DNA of 64,000 bases from a virus (taxonomy: Duplodnaviria > Caudoviricetes): IMG/VR virus record IMGVR_UViG_3300037424_001630, positions 13,533 through 77,532 of that record; one strand, 5' to 3'. Each line of letters begins with the position of its first letter. The stretch's first letter is position 1. Position numbers and translations under genes: made by a program. Under the pieces are notes generated by a model. The model did no database searches and was not told where the DNA came from. It saw only the letters and a program-made list of their open reading frames with translations. This document shows positions 25,089 to 34,400 of this stretch, piece by piece.

Positions 25089-25448
25089 ATGGTGAGGTTC
25101 CAGAACTTCCTACGAGAGACCTGGCGGGTGCGGTGGATGCTCGCCTTCGCCCTCGCGATCGTCGCCGTCAGGGCCTACGGGCTGCTCCCCGAAGAGTCGG
25201 TGACACTCAGGACGCTGTACCGCCCGGCGATCGGCTCTATGGGGTTCGTCGTCGCGCACGTCGGCTGGTCCCAGGTCTTCCCGTACCTGGACATGCGCGA
25301 CCTGCTCCGTCGCTCCCAGATCGACGAGGATCGGAGGAACGGCGACCCGTTCTCGCGCTGGGCGTCCGCCGTTGCGTTCGGCGCGGTCTGCGTGGCGCGC
25401 GGGCTCGTGTATTCTGCGTTCGTCGTCGGGGCGATGCTCGCCCTGTGA
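25089..25448 (+). CDS. putative holin (3 TM)
   Basis: Three hydrophobic segments; LY...G...VFPYLD motif resembles Holin_2-3 type; next to the endolysin. Confidence 0.7.
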   Translation: MVRFQNFLRETWRVRWMLAFALAIVAVRAYGLLPEESVTLRTLYRPAIGSMGFVVAHVGWSQVFPYLDMRDLLRRSQIDEDRRNGDPFSRWASAVAFGAVCVARGLVYSAFVVGAMLAL

Positions 25449-25461
25449 GAAGGGTCCGGAC

Positions 25462-25548
25462 ATGGGGTGGCACATCGCGCAGCTGATCTTCGCCTTGGTA
25501 GTGCTCGCCCTGCTCGCTATGCTCGCACTCGGGCTGATCGCCCCGTGA
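25462..25548 (+). CDS. 28-aa single-TM peptide
   Basis: MGWHIAQLIFALVVLALLAMLALGLIAP; SD-like GAAGGG; not in ORF track. Confidence 0.45.
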   Translation: MGWHIAQLIFALVVLALLAMLALGLIAP

Positions 25549-25697
25549 CGGCGCTCGAGTGGGCGACGACGGAGCGGTGCGTGCGGTGCCGGTGGACCGG
25601 GTCGTTCCCTATCAGGCGAGAGAAGATCCACCGCTGCCCGCGGTGCGGCGGAGTCGTAGCCGAGTACGCCCACGGGGACCAGGAGCGCCCGGCGTGA
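25545..25697 (+). CDS. small zinc-ribbon protein
   Basis: GTGA couplings on both sides; CVRC...CPRC. Confidence 0.55.
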   Translation: MTALEWATTERCVRCRWTGSFPIRREKIHRCPRCGGVVAEYAHGDQERPA

Positions 25698-26416
25698 GAA
25701 TAGCGATCCGCCTTGTTTTCGCGATCCCCGTCATGCTCGCGTGGCTCCTCGCCGGTTGCTCCCCCGAGTCTCCCGCGTCGGCGGCGGCCGGTCCGCTGTC
25801 GCCTGCGTACGTGACCGTCCCCGGGGTCCCGAAGGGGATACCGAAGGAGGCGGCACAGTACCGGCGCGCCATCATCAGGGAGGCGGGGTACTACTGGGGG
25901 CTGTCGGCCCCCACGACGACGTTCTTCGCTCAGGTCCACCAGGAGAGCAGGTTCCGCGCCGAGGCGAGGTCGAGGTTCGCCGCCGGCCTGGCTCAGTTCA
26001 CGCCGCAGACGGCGGCGGGCATGCAGGCGCAGTACCCGGACCTCCGCGTGCTGTGCGGCGAGGGCGGCGGCTGCGCGCTCGACCCGGGGTGGGCGATCCG
26101 TGCGATGGTGCTGTACGACCGCGGGCTCTGGCGCGGGCGCGCCTTCGCCGCGGGGGACGAGCGACTCGCCTTCATGCTGGCGGACTACAACGGCGGCGCG
26201 GGCTGGGTCAATCGCGAGCGAGCCGCGTGCCTCGCCGCGCCTCCGGCCGGCGCGCCCGGCGGGTGCGACTCGACGAGGTACTTCAGGAACGTCCAGTCGT
26301 TCTGCGGGAAGTCGGTCCCCTCCCGCGCGGAGTGGGCGTGCAAGGAGAACACGAGGTATCCGAGTGTTATAATGTTCTCGTGGCGTCCGCTGTACGATCG
26401 CTGGCTGAGTAACTGA
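25694..26416 (+). CDS. endolysin, soluble lytic transglycosylase family, with lipobox
   Basis: QVHQESRF (catalytic Glu), AAGLAQFTPQT, ADYNGGAGWV, ENTRYP; N-terminal hydrophobic stretch ending LAGC. Confidence 0.9.
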   Translation: MRIAIRLVFAIPVMLAWLLAGCSPESPASAAAGPLSPAYVTVPGVPKGIPKEAAQYRRAIIREAGYYWGLSAPTTTFFAQVHQESRFRAEARSRFAAGLAQFTPQTAAGMQAQYPDLRVLCGEGGGCALDPGWAIRAMVLYDRGLWRGRAFAAGDERLAFMLADYNGGAGWVNRERAACLAAPPAGAPGGCDSTRYFRNVQSFCGKSVPSRAEWACKENTRYPSVIMFSWRPLYDRWLSN

Positions 26417-26428
26417 GGGAGGTCCGCT

Positions 26429-26539
26429 ATGGGTTGGTACGTCGCGCTGATCTTCGCCCTGATCCTCCTCGTCGCCTACCGCGGCGAGGTCAAGTCCGCG
26501 GTCGAGTGGGCGGTCTCGCTGTTCAGGAAGAGCGGGTAG
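26429..26539 (+). CDS. 36-aa single-TM peptide
   Basis: SD GGGAGG; MGWYVALIFALILLVAYRG...; TG-T-TATAAT at 26365-26373 upstream. Confidence 0.55.
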   Translation: MGWYVALIFALILLVAYRGEVKSAVEWAVSLFRKSG

Positions 26540-26540
26540 C

Positions 26541-26930
26541 GTGGGCGCCGCTCTCGCGTTCATCGTCCCTCTCCTGAGGAAGCCCCTGGTGTGGGGGATA
26601 CTCGGCGGCGCGCTCCTGGTCGGGGTCGGGTACGTCTGGCTGGCGCCGAAGATCAGCGCGTGGCGGTCCGGGCGCCAGGGGCTCGCTCAGATCGACACGA
26701 CCGTCCGGGACATCGATACGCTCCGCCGCGACCGGGAGAAGCAGGGCAACGTGATCCGCCAGCTCTCGGCGGACATCGCCCGTCTCCGCCAGGAGGCGGC
26801 GGCGCGGCAGGCGACCGTCCTGGAACTGCAGGCGCGGATAGACGCCGCCACCGCAGCCCGCGAGGACCAGAAGCCCGTGAGGTCGCTCAGGGAGGCCAAG
26901 GAGGCGCTCGATGCGCTGTACCGCAGGTAG
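26541..26930 (+). CDS. i-spanin (Rz-like)
   Basis: N-terminal TM followed by a long coiled coil, downstream of the endolysin. Confidence 0.7.
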   Translation: MGAALAFIVPLLRKPLVWGILGGALLVGVGYVWLAPKISAWRSGRQGLAQIDTTVRDIDTLRRDREKQGNVIRQLSADIARLRQEAAARQATVLELQARIDAATAAREDQKPVRSLREAKEALDALYRR

Positions 26931-27384
26931 GGCATTCGTCGCGTCCCTGGCGCTCGTCTTCCTGGCAGCCGCGCCCGCGTGGTCCGAGAACGTAGCTGAA
27001 CTTCGGACCGGGACACCCGCTCCGTTCGACGGGCTTCTGATCGACCTGCCGGTCGCTGAGCGGGTCGTCGAGGACGCGCGCGACGCCCGGTCGCTACGGG
27101 AGGTGAACGCCCTCCTGACGAAGCAGGTCGAGGAGATGCGCGCGGCGAACCGGCTCCTGGAGCTGGCGCTGGCGAAGGCCGACGCGCGCGAGGAGCTCCG
27201 GAAGGAGATGGACGCCAGGGTCGACTTCGTGCTGGCGGAGTCGCGCAAGACGTTGCAGGACACGCGCGAGCTGATCGTGTTCTACGAGAAGCAGATGGAG
27301 CGCCTGGAGCGGCGGATGCTGGTCACGCAGATCCTCGGCGTCCTCGGCCCGATCGGCATGGGCGTCGCGTTTTTCCTGCACTGA
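26911..27384 (+). CDS. spanin-like partner protein (signal peptide, coiled coil, C-terminal TM)
   Basis: SD AAGGAGG; overlaps Rz-like 3' end; PAPFDGLL motif; no lipobox. Confidence 0.55.
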   Translation: MRCTAGRAFVASLALVFLAAAPAWSENVAELRTGTPAPFDGLLIDLPVAERVVEDARDARSLREVNALLTKQVEEMRAANRLLELALAKADAREELRKEMDARVDFVLAESRKTLQDTRELIVFYEKQMERLERRMLVTQILGVLGPIGMGVAFFLH

Positions 27385-27393
27385 GGAGCGGCT

Positions 27394-28731
27394 ATGGGAA
27401 CCGAAGCGAGGGCGGTTAGCGTAGAGCGCTCGGAGTGGTCCGCGGCCAAGATCAACGACCTGCCCGACAGCTCGTTCGCGTACATAGAGCCCGGCGGGCG
27501 CAAGGACGACCAGGGTAAGACGGTGCCTCGTTCGCTGCGGCACCTCCCGTACAAGGACGAGGGCGGGGCGGTCGACCTGGACCACCTCCGCGCTGCGCTC
27601 TCGCGCGTGTCGCAGACGGACCTCCCCAAGGCGACCCAGGCGAGGGTGCGCGCGAGGCTCGAGGCAGCGGCGGCAGAGCGCGGCGTGGGAGAGCACGAGA
27701 AGGGCGCCGTCGAGAAGTACATAACCCACGAAGGGGGCAAGTGGCAGGTGCGCGCGGAGAGCGGCAAGATCCTCGGTACGCACGACAGCAAGGGGGACGC
27801 GGTCCGCCAGCTGGCCGCCGTCGAGGCGAACAAGGACCCGAAGGGGAAGTCCGTCGCCTTCTCCTCCGCCAAGTTTAAGGCGGAGAACCCGGGCAGCGAG
27901 GTCCAGACACTCATCTTCGGCAAGGACAAGTACCCGAAGGCGTCGGAGGCGAAGGCGTGGGCGAGCGACCACGGGTTCGAGTCAGGCGACGTCGAGGAGA
28001 CCGGCGAGAGCTTCCGGCTCCTCCAGAGGGCCCCCGACAAGTACGCGCGCATGCGGACCATCGAGATGACGGAGGGCGTGCAGGCGGTCATCGGCTTCCC
28101 GAAGAAGTCGCTCGAGGCCGTCAAGTCTCTGTTCCTTCGGAGCGTCGAGAGCCTGCTCCCCGCGCTCAAGGCCGCCGACCTGTACCGGGCGGAGTTCGAG
28201 CCGGTCGAGGAGACGGAGGCCGGGACGGTCTACCGCGTCAAGTGCGCTGGCCGGGACTTCCACTTCGCCGAGAAGAACGGGAGCGCGGCGCCCGTCCCCT
28301 CGTACGCGGCGCTCAAGCTCCTGCGAAAGCGGGCCTTCGTGCCGGTCGTCAAGAGCGAGGAGAAGCGGTACACGCTTGGGGTGTGCTACCCCGCATCGAA
28401 GGTCGGCAAGCCCGAGCCGGACTTCCACGGCGACGTGATGGGCGAGGACGAGCTCGAGAAGAGCGCCTGGGGCTTCATGGCGAAGGGCGCCGACCGGATC
28501 GGGCTCATGCACAGGCCGGGCACCGCCGGCGCGGGGCGGGTGGTGGAGAGCTACATCTACCGGGGACCGTCCTACAAGGTGAAGGACGTCAGTGGCGCGG
28601 AGCAGGAGATCAGCCCCGGAGACTGGATGCTCGGTGTGGTGTGGAACGACGAGGGGTGGCAGGCGATCAAGAGCGGGAACCTCACCGGGTACTCGCTCCA
28701 GGGCGCCGCGCGGAAGGAGGCCGTAGCATGA
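27394..28731 (+). CDS. prohead maturation protease, XkdF-like (Peptidase_S78_2) with N-terminal accessory domains
   Basis: EEKRYTLGVCY...PDFHGDVMGEDELEKSAWGFM...IGLMH...VVESY...GDWMLGV...GNLTGYS; N-terminal INDLPDSSFAYIEPGG domain. Confidence 0.9.
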   Translation: MGTEARAVSVERSEWSAAKINDLPDSSFAYIEPGGRKDDQGKTVPRSLRHLPYKDEGGAVDLDHLRAALSRVSQTDLPKATQARVRARLEAAAAERGVGEHEKGAVEKYITHEGGKWQVRAESGKILGTHDSKGDAVRQLAAVEANKDPKGKSVAFSSAKFKAENPGSEVQTLIFGKDKYPKASEAKAWASDHGFESGDVEETGESFRLLQRAPDKYARMRTIEMTEGVQAVIGFPKKSLEAVKSLFLRSVESLLPALKAADLYRAEFEPVEETEAGTVYRVKCAGRDFHFAEKNGSAAPVPSYAALKLLRKRAFVPVVKSEEKRYTLGVCYPASKVGKPEPDFHGDVMGEDELEKSAWGFMAKGADRIGLMHRPGTAGAGRVVESYIYRGPSYKVKDVSGAEQEISPGDWMLGVVWNDEGWQAIKSGNLTGYSLQGAARKEAVA

Positions 28732-29267
28732 GGTACAACGACACGTTCCTGCGGTTCGGCGGGCTCTCCCCCGTCGAGAAGGCGGGAAGCCCACATCCCC
28801 CGCACCCCAAGGTCATCGAGGTCGGTGACTGCGCGGTGGTGTCGGCGGAGATCCACGACCCGACCGACTCCTTCCGGCCAAGCTCCGCCGCCGTCGGCAA
28901 GGACGAGCTATTCAGTCCGGTCGGCAAGGCGTGGTCTGACGAAGCCAGGGCGGCGGCGATCGAGGCTCGTCGTGCTGGTGGTGCGCGAAATAATCCTGCC
29001 GCGTCCGGAAGTGTCAGAAATCACCTCACCGCGCTTCAGGAGAACGCCGAAGACGCTAGGCGGGAGGGCAACAAGGACGGCGCCGCCCTTCTGATGGACG
29101 GGGCGAAGGCGTTAGCCGGGCAAGCCATTGACCCGAAGATCGCAGCCCGAGCGCACGCGCTCCTCGAGGAGCACGAGTCGGACGCGGAAAAGGACGGGAA
29201 CCAGGAGCTCCTCGGCGCTATTCGGGCCGCCCGCGGCGCGCTGTCCCGGTACGTGAAGAGCTCATGA
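28728..29267 (+). CDS. head-associated protein with VxK sites and WSDEARAAA tag
   Basis: ATGA coupling; VEK, VGK, VGK-AWSDEARAAAIEARR. Confidence 0.7.
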   Translation: MRYNDTFLRFGGLSPVEKAGSPHPPHPKVIEVGDCAVVSAEIHDPTDSFRPSSAAVGKDELFSPVGKAWSDEARAAAIEARRAGGARNNPAASGSVRNHLTALQENAEDARREGNKDGAALLMDGAKALAGQAIDPKIAARAHALLEEHESDAEKDGNQELLGAIRAARGALSRYVKSS

Positions 29268-29548
29268 CGGCGTCGCAGCCCGCCGACGCCGTCCCCCAGC
29301 TGACCGGCGCACAGTGCCCGGGCGGCAGCGTCATGTACACCTGCTCCGGGCTGAACGAGCAGGGCAGGAAGTGCGGCAAGCTCCTGTTCGTGTGGGTCTC
29401 CCCGGCTGAGCGATCGACCGCCGCGCAGGGCCTCGCGCGAGTCGCGAGAGACGGCGTCCCCCTGGTGCCGGACCACGGGCGGATCGAGGTGAAGTGCCGG
29501 CGCTGCAAGACGGTCAACTTCGTGCTGCTCGACGCCGACTTCCCGTGA
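29264..29548 (+). CDS. Mu Com-like zinc-ribbon protein
   Basis: C...CGKLLF...IEVKCRRCKTVN signature. Confidence 0.75.
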   Translation: MTASQPADAVPQLTGAQCPGGSVMYTCSGLNEQGRKCGKLLFVWVSPAERSTAAQGLARVARDGVPLVPDHGRIEVKCRRCKTVNFVLLDADFP

Positions 29549-29562
29549 AAAATAGGAGTACC

Positions 29563-29591
29563 TAGACCGAACGAAAGCCGTGATATGATGG
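29563..29591 (+). promoter_or_regulatory. putative promoter of scaffold/capsid operon
   Basis: TG-A-TATGAT (29581-29589) in an AT-richer gap. Confidence 0.5.
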
Positions 29592-29657
29592 GTACCGAGT
29601 AGTAGACACGCGGAGCGCCTAGAGCGCCTGTCGAACCCGAACCAAGGGAGACACGAC

Positions 29658-30470
29658 ATGGCAAAGGCTCAGGAGCTCAAGGACCTCGACGTTGATCGCG
29701 TGGACGGCGTCGACAAGCCCGCCACGGGTCGCAACTTCCTCCTCTTCAAGAGCGAGGACGGCGACGCCATCATGAAGGGCTACGGCGCCGTCGCGACCGC
29801 GGCCCACATCGTCCTCGAGAAGGTCCGCAAGGACTCGAAGGCCGTCGTGAGCCGGAAGAGCGCCATCGCTCTCAACGGCCTCGCTCAGGTCCTCGGTGAG
29901 GGCGCCGTGTTCGTCGGCAAGTCAGTCCCCACCCAGCCGTACATGCTCACCGAGCCCGACGTCAACGCCCGCGGTCCCGCGGACGAGAAGCTCGGCCCCA
30001 ACTTCACCGCCAAGGCCGGCCCCGGCAGCATGGTCGGCAGCGTCCAGTTCAGCGTGGAGGACGCCGACGGCGTCGCCAAGGCGTGGCCGCCCGCCGACGA
30101 CGAGAAGGAGAAGGAGCCCGAAGAGGACGACATGATGAACGGGAAGCAGAAGCCCAACCCGTTCGCCAAGAAGGGGCTCGAGAACTTCGGCGACAAGAAG
30201 GCGGCGCCCTTCAAGTCGGAGGACGGCTCCGAGGGCATCGTCCGGAGCATGGAGGCCATGGCGAAGGCCATGGAGGCGCTCCCCGGCCAGATCGTGAAGG
30301 CCCTGGTCGCCGGTCCGGTGCAGAAGGACGCGGGTGACGAGCCGGCCGAGCCGGTGCGCCCGAGGTCCCGGCAGATCGAGGAGGACGAGCCCGTGCGGGT
30401 GAGGAAGTCCGGCGGGTACGAGCCGCGCATGGGAGTGTCCTTCGCGGACATCGCGTTCGGCAAGCGGTAG
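29658..30470 (+). CDS. capsid scaffolding protein (XkdF-like N-terminus)
   Basis: ELKDLDVDRVDGVDKPATGRNFLLFKS; many x-x-K sites; precedes MCP. Confidence 0.8.
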   Translation: MAKAQELKDLDVDRVDGVDKPATGRNFLLFKSEDGDAIMKGYGAVATAAHIVLEKVRKDSKAVVSRKSAIALNGLAQVLGEGAVFVGKSVPTQPYMLTEPDVNARGPADEKLGPNFTAKAGPGSMVGSVQFSVEDADGVAKAWPPADDEKEKEPEEDDMMNGKQKPNPFAKKGLENFGDKKAAPFKSEDGSEGIVRSMEAMAKAMEALPGQIVKALVAGPVQKDAGDEPAEPVRPRSRQIEEDEPVRVRKSGGYEPRMGVSFADIAFGKR

Positions 30471-30532
30471 ACGACAACAGCTCTGCCGCGCCACCGAGCG
30501 CCCCGAGCGAGACGAAAGGGAGGACGACGACA

Positions 30533-31525
30533 ATGCTGCTCCGATGGCTGGAGAAGGCGACGTGGACCACGCCGGACATCATCGCCCCTGCGGGGGGTGG
30601 ATACCTCTCGCCGCAGCAGGCGCGGGAGTTCCTGCGCGTGCTGATCGACGAGTCCGTGCTGCTCAAGGAGGCCAACAACCAGACCTCCGCGAGCCCGAAG
30701 TTCGAGGTGCCCCGCCTCTCGTTCGGCAACCGCATCCTGCGGCCCGGCACCGAGGGCGCGCGCCTGGCCGACGCCGATCGCGTGAAGCCCCTGACGGGTC
30801 TCGTGACGCTGTCGACCAACCTCTTCAAGGGGGAGGTCCCGGTGTCCGACGAGCTGTTCGAGGACAACATCGAGCGCGACGCGCTGGCGGACACCATCAT
30901 GGTGATGATCGCCGAGGCGGTCGGGCGCGACACCGAGGAGTACGCGATCAAGAACGACACCGACCGGACCGCGGGCGACGGCGCGGACTTCGCGCCGCTG
31001 TCACAGTTCGACGGTCTCATCAAGCAGCTCCAGACGGGGCTGCCCGCCGCGCACCGGCTCGACGGCGCAGGCATGACGAGCTACGACCAGCTCTTCCGCA
31101 ACATGATCGCCTCGCTGCCGGCCAGGTACCGGCGCGACCCGACCGCGCTGCGGTTCTACGTGCCCGTCAAGCACAACGACGGGTACCAGAGCGAGCTGGC
31201 GGGGCGCGGCACGCCGCTCGGCGACACGAACGTGACCGAGAACCTGCGGCTGAAGCTGGCGTTCCGCGGGGTGCCGGTGGTCCCGATCCCGCTCATGACG
31301 GGGGTCAGCACCATCGACGGCGCGGAGATCGACTACGACGGCTTCGCCATCCTGACGCACCCGCAGAACCTCTACGTGGGCTGGCACCGCCGGATCCGCG
31401 TGGAGCGGTGGCGCGACCCGAGGGACGGCGCGACCAGCTTCCTGCCGACCCTCCGCTTCGACGTGAAGTACGCCGACCCGAGCTTCGGCGTGCTCGCGAG
31501 CGGTATCGAGCTCGGCTCGCTGTAG
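30533..31525 (+). CDS. major capsid protein (HK97 fold, XkdG-like)
   Basis: GGYLSPQQAREF...FEDNIERDALADTIMVMIAEAVGRDTEE; follows protease and scaffold. Confidence 0.92.
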   Translation: MLLRWLEKATWTTPDIIAPAGGGYLSPQQAREFLRVLIDESVLLKEANNQTSASPKFEVPRLSFGNRILRPGTEGARLADADRVKPLTGLVTLSTNLFKGEVPVSDELFEDNIERDALADTIMVMIAEAVGRDTEEYAIKNDTDRTAGDGADFAPLSQFDGLIKQLQTGLPAAHRLDGAGMTSYDQLFRNMIASLPARYRRDPTALRFYVPVKHNDGYQSELAGRGTPLGDTNVTENLRLKLAFRGVPVVPIPLMTGVSTIDGAEIDYDGFAILTHPQNLYVGWHRRIRVERWRDPRDGATSFLPTLRFDVKYADPSFGVLASGIELGSL

Positions 31526-31544
31526 GACCTGACGCGGACCTGAC

Positions 31545-31574
31545 GCCGGCGCGCCCCTGACCGGGTGCGCCGGC
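31545..31574 (+). terminator. 12-bp hairpin after MCP (no U tract)
   Basis: GCCGGCGCGCCC-CTGACC-GGGTGCGCCGGC. Confidence 0.45.
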
Positions 31575-31665
31575 CGCTGTAACCTTCGCGCGTCTGTGAT
31601 GCGCGACGGTCGACGTCAACTTCCGCCCCCGGCGACGGGGTGTGGGGACGAAGGGGAGAGAGACC

Positions 31666-32679
31666 ATGGCCATCACGGACGAGTCACGCCGGTACGCAGA
31701 CAACCTCCGCCGCAAGCGGCGCTACCTCCAGGGGCGCGGCGTCAACCTCCGCGAGACGATCGTCCTGTCGGACGCGGTGTACGTGGACGACCGGATCGTC
31801 GTCCCCGGCCTGCACGATGACGACGACATCATCAGCGTCCTCAACATGACGGACCTGGTCGACGTGACCGGGTACCTCGACGACGCTGGCGAGTTCGCGA
31901 CGATCGACATCTTCACCGTCAACAAGGGGATCCGGTTCACGGCCCTCCGGGTCGGCGCTGGCGGCAACAAGATCGCCATCAAGGCGGCGGCTGACCCCGC
32001 CGTGTCCCAGCCGCTCAGCGTGGACATCGGCGACTACGACACGCTCTTCGGGACGACCGGAAACCCCGGCAAGACGGGCATCCTGGTCAACCTGGCGACC
32101 GACGCGGCCGGTGTTGCGCTGGTCTCGGCGGTCAACAGCGCGGCGAACGTCTTCGTGGCGATCATCGACGCGCAGGAGGCCACGATCGGCTCGGCCGTCG
32201 TCGACCTCGCCCTCCTGGGCACCGGCGCGACGGCGTGGACCGCGACAGGCCCGACCGCCCTGGCGGGCGGGGCGAGCTTCCGGCAGGGTCCGACCGCCGC
32301 GCAGCTCGACATGACCGACACGTTCATCCGGTACACGGCGCGCACGCGCGGGACGGACGGGAACGCCACCACGATCACTCACACGGCCGGCGGCGCTCTG
32401 GCGGTGGCGGTGATCGGGACGGCCATCACGGTCACCTACGTGGACGACACGACGACCGTGCAGGAGGCCATCGACGCGGTCAACGCCAGCGCGACGGCGA
32501 GCGCGCTCGTCCTCGCGAGCCTGCAGCCCGGCGCCGACGGCACCGACGTGCTGACGGACAACCAGGGCCCGACCGCCCTCGCGGGCGGCATCGATCCGGG
32601 TATCCAGCTCTCGGAGGTGTCGAGTACCAAGAAGCTCAAGGTGCTCTGGCTGACGCGCGACGAGCTCGACGAGAACTAG
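31666..32679 (+). CDS. putative head decoration protein with two inserted beta domains
   Basis: SD GGGGAG, ATG 31666; two IR(F/Y)TA...G..GN modules. Confidence 0.65.
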   Translation: MAITDESRRYADNLRRKRRYLQGRGVNLRETIVLSDAVYVDDRIVVPGLHDDDDIISVLNMTDLVDVTGYLDDAGEFATIDIFTVNKGIRFTALRVGAGGNKIAIKAAADPAVSQPLSVDIGDYDTLFGTTGNPGKTGILVNLATDAAGVALVSAVNSAANVFVAIIDAQEATIGSAVVDLALLGTGATAWTATGPTALAGGASFRQGPTAAQLDMTDTFIRYTARTRGTDGNATTITHTAGGALAVAVIGTAITVTYVDDTTTVQEAIDAVNASATASALVLASLQPGADGTDVLTDNQGPTALAGGIDPGIQLSEVSSTKKLKVLWLTRDELDEN

Positions 32680-32715
32680 TCCGCGGCGCCGTAGAGGCCC
32701 ATAGGAGGTCCGAAC

Positions 32716-33096
32716 GTGAACGACACGAGAGTGCTGGGCAGGTCATACGGGTACGTGATGATCCCCGTCGGCGGGCTCACCGTCGACGGGGTGAAGTTCC
32801 CCGCGGGGCCGCGGGCTCCCGGCAAGAGCGGGTGGTACAAGAGGCTGCTCGAGGCGGGGTGCGCGCGGCTGACGCAGGAAGAGTACGAGGATCTGATACG
32901 AGCGAGCCAGTCCCTCGCCCCCACCGGCGCGGGTTCGGCTCAGGGAGAAGCGAATGGCCGACCTCGCGACACTCGCGGAGATCAAAGGGCGCCTGGAGCT
33001 CGCCGACGTGGACGCGACCCGGGACGCCGTCCTCGAGGCGTGGCGCCTGGCGATACAGGAGAGGGTGCTCGACCTGACGGGGTTCCTGCTCCCTGA
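32716..33096 (+). CDS. hypothetical protein
   Basis: SD AGGAGG before GTG; 3' part overlaps next gene by 143 bp. Confidence 0.5.
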   Translation: MNDTRVLGRSYGYVMIPVGGLTVDGVKFPAGPRAPGKSGWYKRLLEAGCARLTQEEYEDLIRASQSLAPTGAGSAQGEANGRPRDTRGDQRAPGARRRGRDPGRRPRGVAPGDTGEGARPDGVPAP

Positions 33097-33652
33097 CGAC
33101 CCGTACTTCACCTCGATCCAGAAGGTCGAGGAGCAGCAGAACGTCCAGCTCGGCATGTCGCGCCTGATGAAGTACCGCCCGCTCGTCCCCATGTCGACGG
33201 ACCCCACGAAGGCCGTCACGCTCCGCGCCCGGATGCTCGGGTCGAGCACGTCCGACACGATCCTGGGGGAGATCCGCGACACCTGGCGCGCGAGGGTCAT
33301 CGCCCTCGCGTCGGAGCTCCCGTCCGCGTCCGCGTGGCCCCCGACGGGTATCGGGGTCACGGCGGTGTGGCGACGGTGGCAGCAGGCGATATGGCCGACT
33401 ATCGAGTACACGTACCTGGTCGACCCACTCGGGTCCCCGACGAACCCGACGCCCGAGGCTCTCAACCGCACCGTCGTCGAGTGGGCCGCGTTCGTGTGGG
33501 CCATGAAGCCGCACTCGGGGCGCGTCAGGTCGTTCAGCGCGGAGTCGGTCAGCGAGACGTACGAGAACTACCCCGTCACGACGGCGGTGCCGCCGATCGT
33601 GAGCCTGCTGCTGTCGCGGTACATCCGGGGACAGGGGTCCCTCATCTTCTAA
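32954..33652 (+). CDS. head-tail connector (adaptor, gp6/gp15-like)
   Basis: LATLAEIK.RL...D..L...I...V...TG N-terminus; C-terminal P..V..LLSRY. Confidence 0.8.
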   Translation: MADLATLAEIKGRLELADVDATRDAVLEAWRLAIQERVLDLTGFLLPDDPYFTSIQKVEEQQNVQLGMSRLMKYRPLVPMSTDPTKAVTLRARMLGSSTSDTILGEIRDTWRARVIALASELPSASAWPPTGIGVTAVWRRWQQAIWPTIEYTYLVDPLGSPTNPTPEALNRTVVEWAAFVWAMKPHSGRVRSFSAESVSETYENYPVTTAVPPIVSLLLSRYIRGQGSLIF

Positions 33653-33668
33653 GCGGAGGAGAACTGAA

Positions 33669-34400
33669 ATGCGAACCCAGTTGTTTCGCACGCAGCCGGT
33701 CCTGATCAACGACGCCGGCGTCGTCGTGGCGCTGAAGGACATCGACGGCGTCAACCCGTTCACGCTCTTCCTCGAGAACCGCTCCATCGCGGCGAGCCTG
33801 CGCACGCGGTTCGGGTCGAAGAACGCGAACATCCGCCTCGTCGCCGCGACGGTCGGGACGGTGGGGAATGAAATCTCGCTGGAGATCACCGCCGCGGTGG
33901 ACCAGGCGTTCTCGGTCGACGTGACTCCGGGGCCCTACTACCCGGACGGGGGCGCCATCACCGTCAACCTCCGGTGCGACGGGGACGGGATACCGAACCA
34001 GTTCGTCTCCGACCTAGTCGACCTCCTGAACGCCGACGTGGACGTGGCGGCGCTCGTGCGCGTGTCCCGAGCGCTCGGGTCGGACGGCAGCGCGCACATG
34101 GAGCTGGTGGACGGCGACCCGACCCACGCCGTCGCCCTGACGTACCTGACGGGCGGGTTCGACGCGACCGTCCTCGGGGCGGTGACGGTGGAGTACTCAG
34201 CGCTCGGGGCGCCGGACTTCGCTGGCCCGTGGGTGACGCTGACCGCCGCGGGGACCGCGCTCTCTACCGTGGGCGCCGAGGCGGTGAAGTCGTACGCCTT
34301 CGTCGACGTCCCGTTCGCCGGGCTGCGCGTGAAGGCGTCGAAGGGCGCCGCGGATACGATGGTGGTGGCGACGGCCATCGCCGAGAAGAAGGCGGTCTGA
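33669..34400 (+). CDS. virion protein with inserted beta domain
   Basis: IRLVAATVGTVGNEISLEI...VSDLVDLLNA module shared with 31666 and 35911 genes. Confidence 0.6.
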   Translation: MRTQLFRTQPVLINDAGVVVALKDIDGVNPFTLFLENRSIAASLRTRFGSKNANIRLVAATVGTVGNEISLEITAAVDQAFSVDVTPGPYYPDGGAITVNLRCDGDGIPNQFVSDLVDLLNADVDVAALVRVSRALGSDGSAHMELVDGDPTHAVALTYLTGGFDATVLGAVTVEYSALGAPDFAGPWVTLTAAGTALSTVGAEAVKSYAFVDVPFAGLRVKASKGAADTMVVATAIAEKKAV

